Source: a virus. From it: DNA of 64,000 bases. The position numbers and the translations under genes are program-made. Positions within the stretch are counted from its first letter, which is position 1, and each line of letters starts with the position of its first letter. Shown piece after piece: positions 61,755 to 64,000 of the stretch. The stretch lies in the IMG/VR virus record IMGVR_UViG_3300045988_148900, positions 70,552-134,551 of that record; one strand, written 5' to 3'. The notes under the pieces are model-generated. The model saw only the letters and a list, made by a program, of their open reading frames with translations, did no database searches and had not been told where the DNA came from.

Positions 61755-62651
61755 CTAACTCCTTCCTAAATTAAACATATGAGGCAACAAACTAATCCAC
61801 GTAAACCAAAAAGACAAGTCCATAACAGTTAGCAATTCAACCGAATCATCAGCATCCATACGAAATAAGGATATGTCAGTACCAGACAAAAACAGCAAAT
61901 TATTCCTATGAAGAATACTCCATCTCCCATCAGGCTGCCGCTTAATCGTACAAGAAACACTCAGGTCGTAAGACTGGATAAAATCACAGATCATACGACA
62001 CAAAGTATACAAGTCTGCCTCGCACAAAGAACGAGACTTAATATCACAGTAGTAAGCGTACTCCCGCAACTCCCTAAGTGAATGGTTGAATTTCCACATA
62101 TAGAAATCAACCCGTGAATAAGTTAACTCGAAGTCTGCAAACCTCCCGAAGCTCCCACCAACATAGAGCAAGCTACAAGCACATAAAACCATCCGACGAG
62201 ACGTCACTGAATCATACATCTCAGACCCATCGCATAACTCTGTGATAACAGTATCGTCGTACCAACTCGACGACAAAATGTCCGGAAGCATGTAAATCCA
62301 CTTAAAGTCCATAGTAGCTGCACTATACCATAAACAACCACGGCGCAACACAATGAAACTATAACGAGTCAAGTAAACCTCAAAGACACCCGATGTATCC
62401 AACAAACGGTACTGGCGGAGACCAAACCGACGCAACATGCCACCATCTAAGAACTTGCTAATATAACGCAAAACTTTAGCTCCTCCAGCAATATCCCGAA
62501 AACCAGACAACGCCCAAGACTCTAAAGACGCCTGAACATGAGATAATAAATTACCATACTTTGAGTAATTATAAAACCCACGCTGAGTAGATTTAGCACA
62601 CACAGACTCCAAAGGAGGAGACACATACTTCTTAATCTTCAACACACTCAT
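61755..62651 (-). CDS. hypothetical protein
   Basis: ATG at 62651, 4 nt below the upstream stop; the longer track start overlaps by 98 nt. Confidence 0.55.
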   Translation of the reverse strand: MSVLKIKKYVSPPLESVCAKSTQRGFYNYSKYGNLLSHVQASLESWALSGFRDIAGGAKVLRYISKFLDGGMLRRFGLRQYRLLDTSGVFEVYLTRYSFIVLRRGCLWYSAATMDFKWIYMLPDILSSSWYDDTVITELCDGSEMYDSVTSRRMVLCACSLLYVGGSFGRFADFELTYSRVDFYMWKFNHSLRELREYAYYCDIKSRSLCEADLYTLCRMICDFIQSYDLSVSCTIKRQPDGRWSILHRNNLLFLSGTDISLFRMDADDSVELLTVMDLSFWFTWISLLPHMFNLGRS

Positions 62652-62655
62652 GGCA

Positions 62656-63201
62656 CTAACACCCCAAAATATTAAACCCAAGCTCCTGAAGCCTACGAAT
62701 AAACTCCGAAGTAAAAGTCGCACGCCATGCAAACTTGTCAAACCTACTACCACCCATGTTCTTAATATGACGCCGAGTTAAAATATCATATACCTGAACC
62801 AAGTAAGAATAGACCGGGAGAAAGGCTAAAATCGACGCCTCCGGGCCCCGTAAATCAAATAAACGAGCATTACGAGACATGGACCCACGACACTCTACAA
62901 ACTCGAGAGAAAACCACGAAGAACAAACACGCATGAGCTCCCGATGATTTACCGAAATAGCTAACGTAGGAAGAGAAACAGCACAACAAACAATACCCGA
63001 CTCACTAAAAGACGACGACAAACGCAGAGACAAATAAGACTGAAGCTGACTTGAGACTATGCGATAAACATCCTCTACTCCCTTACTCCTAACTAAAGCA
63101 TCGCCTACAAAGACAGACCCTAACCCAGACATATAAAAGTCTGGACTAATCCGTCTAACATCACTGTAAGGCTTCGATAAGGAAATACGACGATAACCCA
63201 T
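62656..63201 (-). CDS. hypothetical protein
   Basis: ATG at 63201 (track TTG at 63213). Confidence 0.5.
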   Translation of the reverse strand: MGYRRISLSKPYSDVRRISPDFYMSGLGSVFVGDALVRSKGVEDVYRIVSSQLQSYLSLRLSSSFSESGIVCCAVSLPTLAISVNHRELMRVCSSWFSLEFVECRGSMSRNARLFDLRGPEASILAFLPVYSYLVQVYDILTRRHIKNMGGSRFDKFAWRATFTSEFIRRLQELGFNILGC

Positions 63202-63218
63202 TCTATCAAACAACTACT

Positions 63219-63482
63219 CTAATCCAACCCACGAAGAATATCTTCCCAAGCACACTCAAGCTCTACCCAAAAAGAACCACCCTCAGGCGTGGTGCTAAAT
63301 ACAAAGGCATGATAAAGAAGATCAGCAGCCGACGTGCGGTAACAGTAATCATTAAAATTCCTGCTACCCCAAATACCACCATTACGACGATCATAAGCCG
63401 CAAAGTTTTCTAAAAACTGATCATAGACACCGTGGATCTCCAGAAAGCCTATAAAAAGCTGGCACATATCAACTGACGCCAT
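63219..63482 (-). CDS. hypothetical small protein (paralog of 54538..54792)
   Basis: Shared TPEG..FW...ECAWEDILR motif. Confidence 0.5.
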   Translation of the reverse strand: MASVDMCQLFIGFLEIHGVYDQFLENFAAYDRRNGGIWGSRNFNDYCYRTSAADLLYHAFVFSTTPEGGSFWVELECAWEDILRGLD

Positions 63483-63492
63483 AACTACTAAC

Positions 63493-63933
63493 TTAAATTA
63501 AATGTGTAACCTCAACTGCTGTCGGATCAGTAACCCCATCATTCGCATAGGTGACGTCCCAGACACCCTCGTGCAACAAAGAAGCATCAAATGACTTCGA
63601 AAGCCCCATTATAGCACGAACACACATATTACTACCGTAATATTCCCGTGCCTTAGCAATGGCAGACGATACACTCGGAAAACGATCCCAATTAGTCGGA
63701 TAAGGAACAGATCCCTCATGTAAAAGCCTAAAGCTCCCGTCAGCATAACCCGAAAGAACTACAAAAGCCGTATTAACTACTTGGAGATGACAACGAATGA
63801 ACTCACCCTCACCATTAGAATCCAATGAGAGAACATCATGAGAAACTACAGACAAAACAGGAAGCTCCAGATACTCCGCAACGCTCAGACCCTTCTGAAC
63901 ATTATAGAATTTATGACCGTTAATCTTAAGCAT
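63493..63933 (-). CDS. hypothetical protein
   Basis: 146-codon ATG ORF. Confidence 0.55.
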   Translation of the reverse strand: MLKINGHKFYNVQKGLSVAEYLELPVLSVVSHDVLSLDSNGEGEFIRCHLQVVNTAFVVLSGYADGSFRLLHEGSVPYPTNWDRFPSVSSAIAKAREYYGSNMCVRAIMGLSKSFDASLLHEGVWDVTYANDGVTDPTAVEVTHLI

Positions 63934-64000
63934 AACGCAAACACCATATTAAATTCAACAATCAATCGTAATCCCTATCGATCACAACACAAAGGTAGGA

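Noticed and set aside
79-63933. Genome-wide TAG reassignment (code 15-like), as seen in some gut phages
   Set aside because: TAG terminates the majority of well-defined genes, and the longest ORFs (1243, 950, 782, 767 and 707 codons) contain none. By hand count, only about one third (16 of 45) of TAG-separated neighbouring genes share a frame, which is the chance expectation. Only the two local cases reported in the findings look special.

Overview
This window is a 64-kb segment of a tailed dsDNA phage. The host is most likely a Bacteroidota bacterium, judging from TTTG-N19-21-TAnnTTTG promoters, BACON-like structural repeats and IS605-family tnpB genes. All of the roughly 85 phage genes lie on the minus strand. 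The only credible plus-strand gene is an IS200-type tnpA.

Composition: the plus strand is visibly A+C-rich and T-poor, so the coding strand is G+T-rich and A-poor. Proteins are therefore rich in S, R, L, V, G and C, and TAG is the dominant stop codon. Nearly all plus-strand and alternate-frame ORFs in the supplied track are compositional artefacts.

Replication and recombination genes:
- DnaX-like clamp loader, a delta-prime-like protein and a possible sliding clamp
- Toprim protein and Dam-like methyltransferase
- Mre11/SbcD-like nuclease and a three-piece Rad50/SbcC-like ATPase
- RecA-superfamily ATPase, RuvC-like resolvase and an SSB-like protein
- ATP-dependent ligase, MazG-like, HD and HAD enzymes
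- a 950-aa B12-binding/radical-SAM-like protein
- two sigma-70-like proteins

Structural genes:
- BACON-like repeat proteins and a LamG-like protein
- a 1240-aa modular tail fibre

No DNA polymerase, terminase, portal or capsid gene is recognisable, so the genome extends beyond the window.

Most notable observations:
1. Two 1263-bp tnpB-only elements carry 27-bp terminal inverted repeats and 6-bp target duplications. This is atypical for IS200/IS605. One splits a phage ORF. The other sits exactly on a stop codon. A third, canonical tnpA+tnpB IS605-type element is also present.
2. A conserved word, CAATTATATATCC(GTTAAAT), marks a phage-specific promoter class arranged in terminator-promoter cassettes. 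It is distinct from the host-type promoters.
3. A 0.8-kb non-coding hub holds four tandem variant copies of that word, a 17-bp tandem repeat and a G-quadruplex-type run.
4. A pentanucleotide repeat lies at the tail-fibre stop codon. Changing its copy number would fuse a further fibre module in frame.
5. Two ORFs are interrupted by in-frame TAG codons, with coding-like sequence on both sides.
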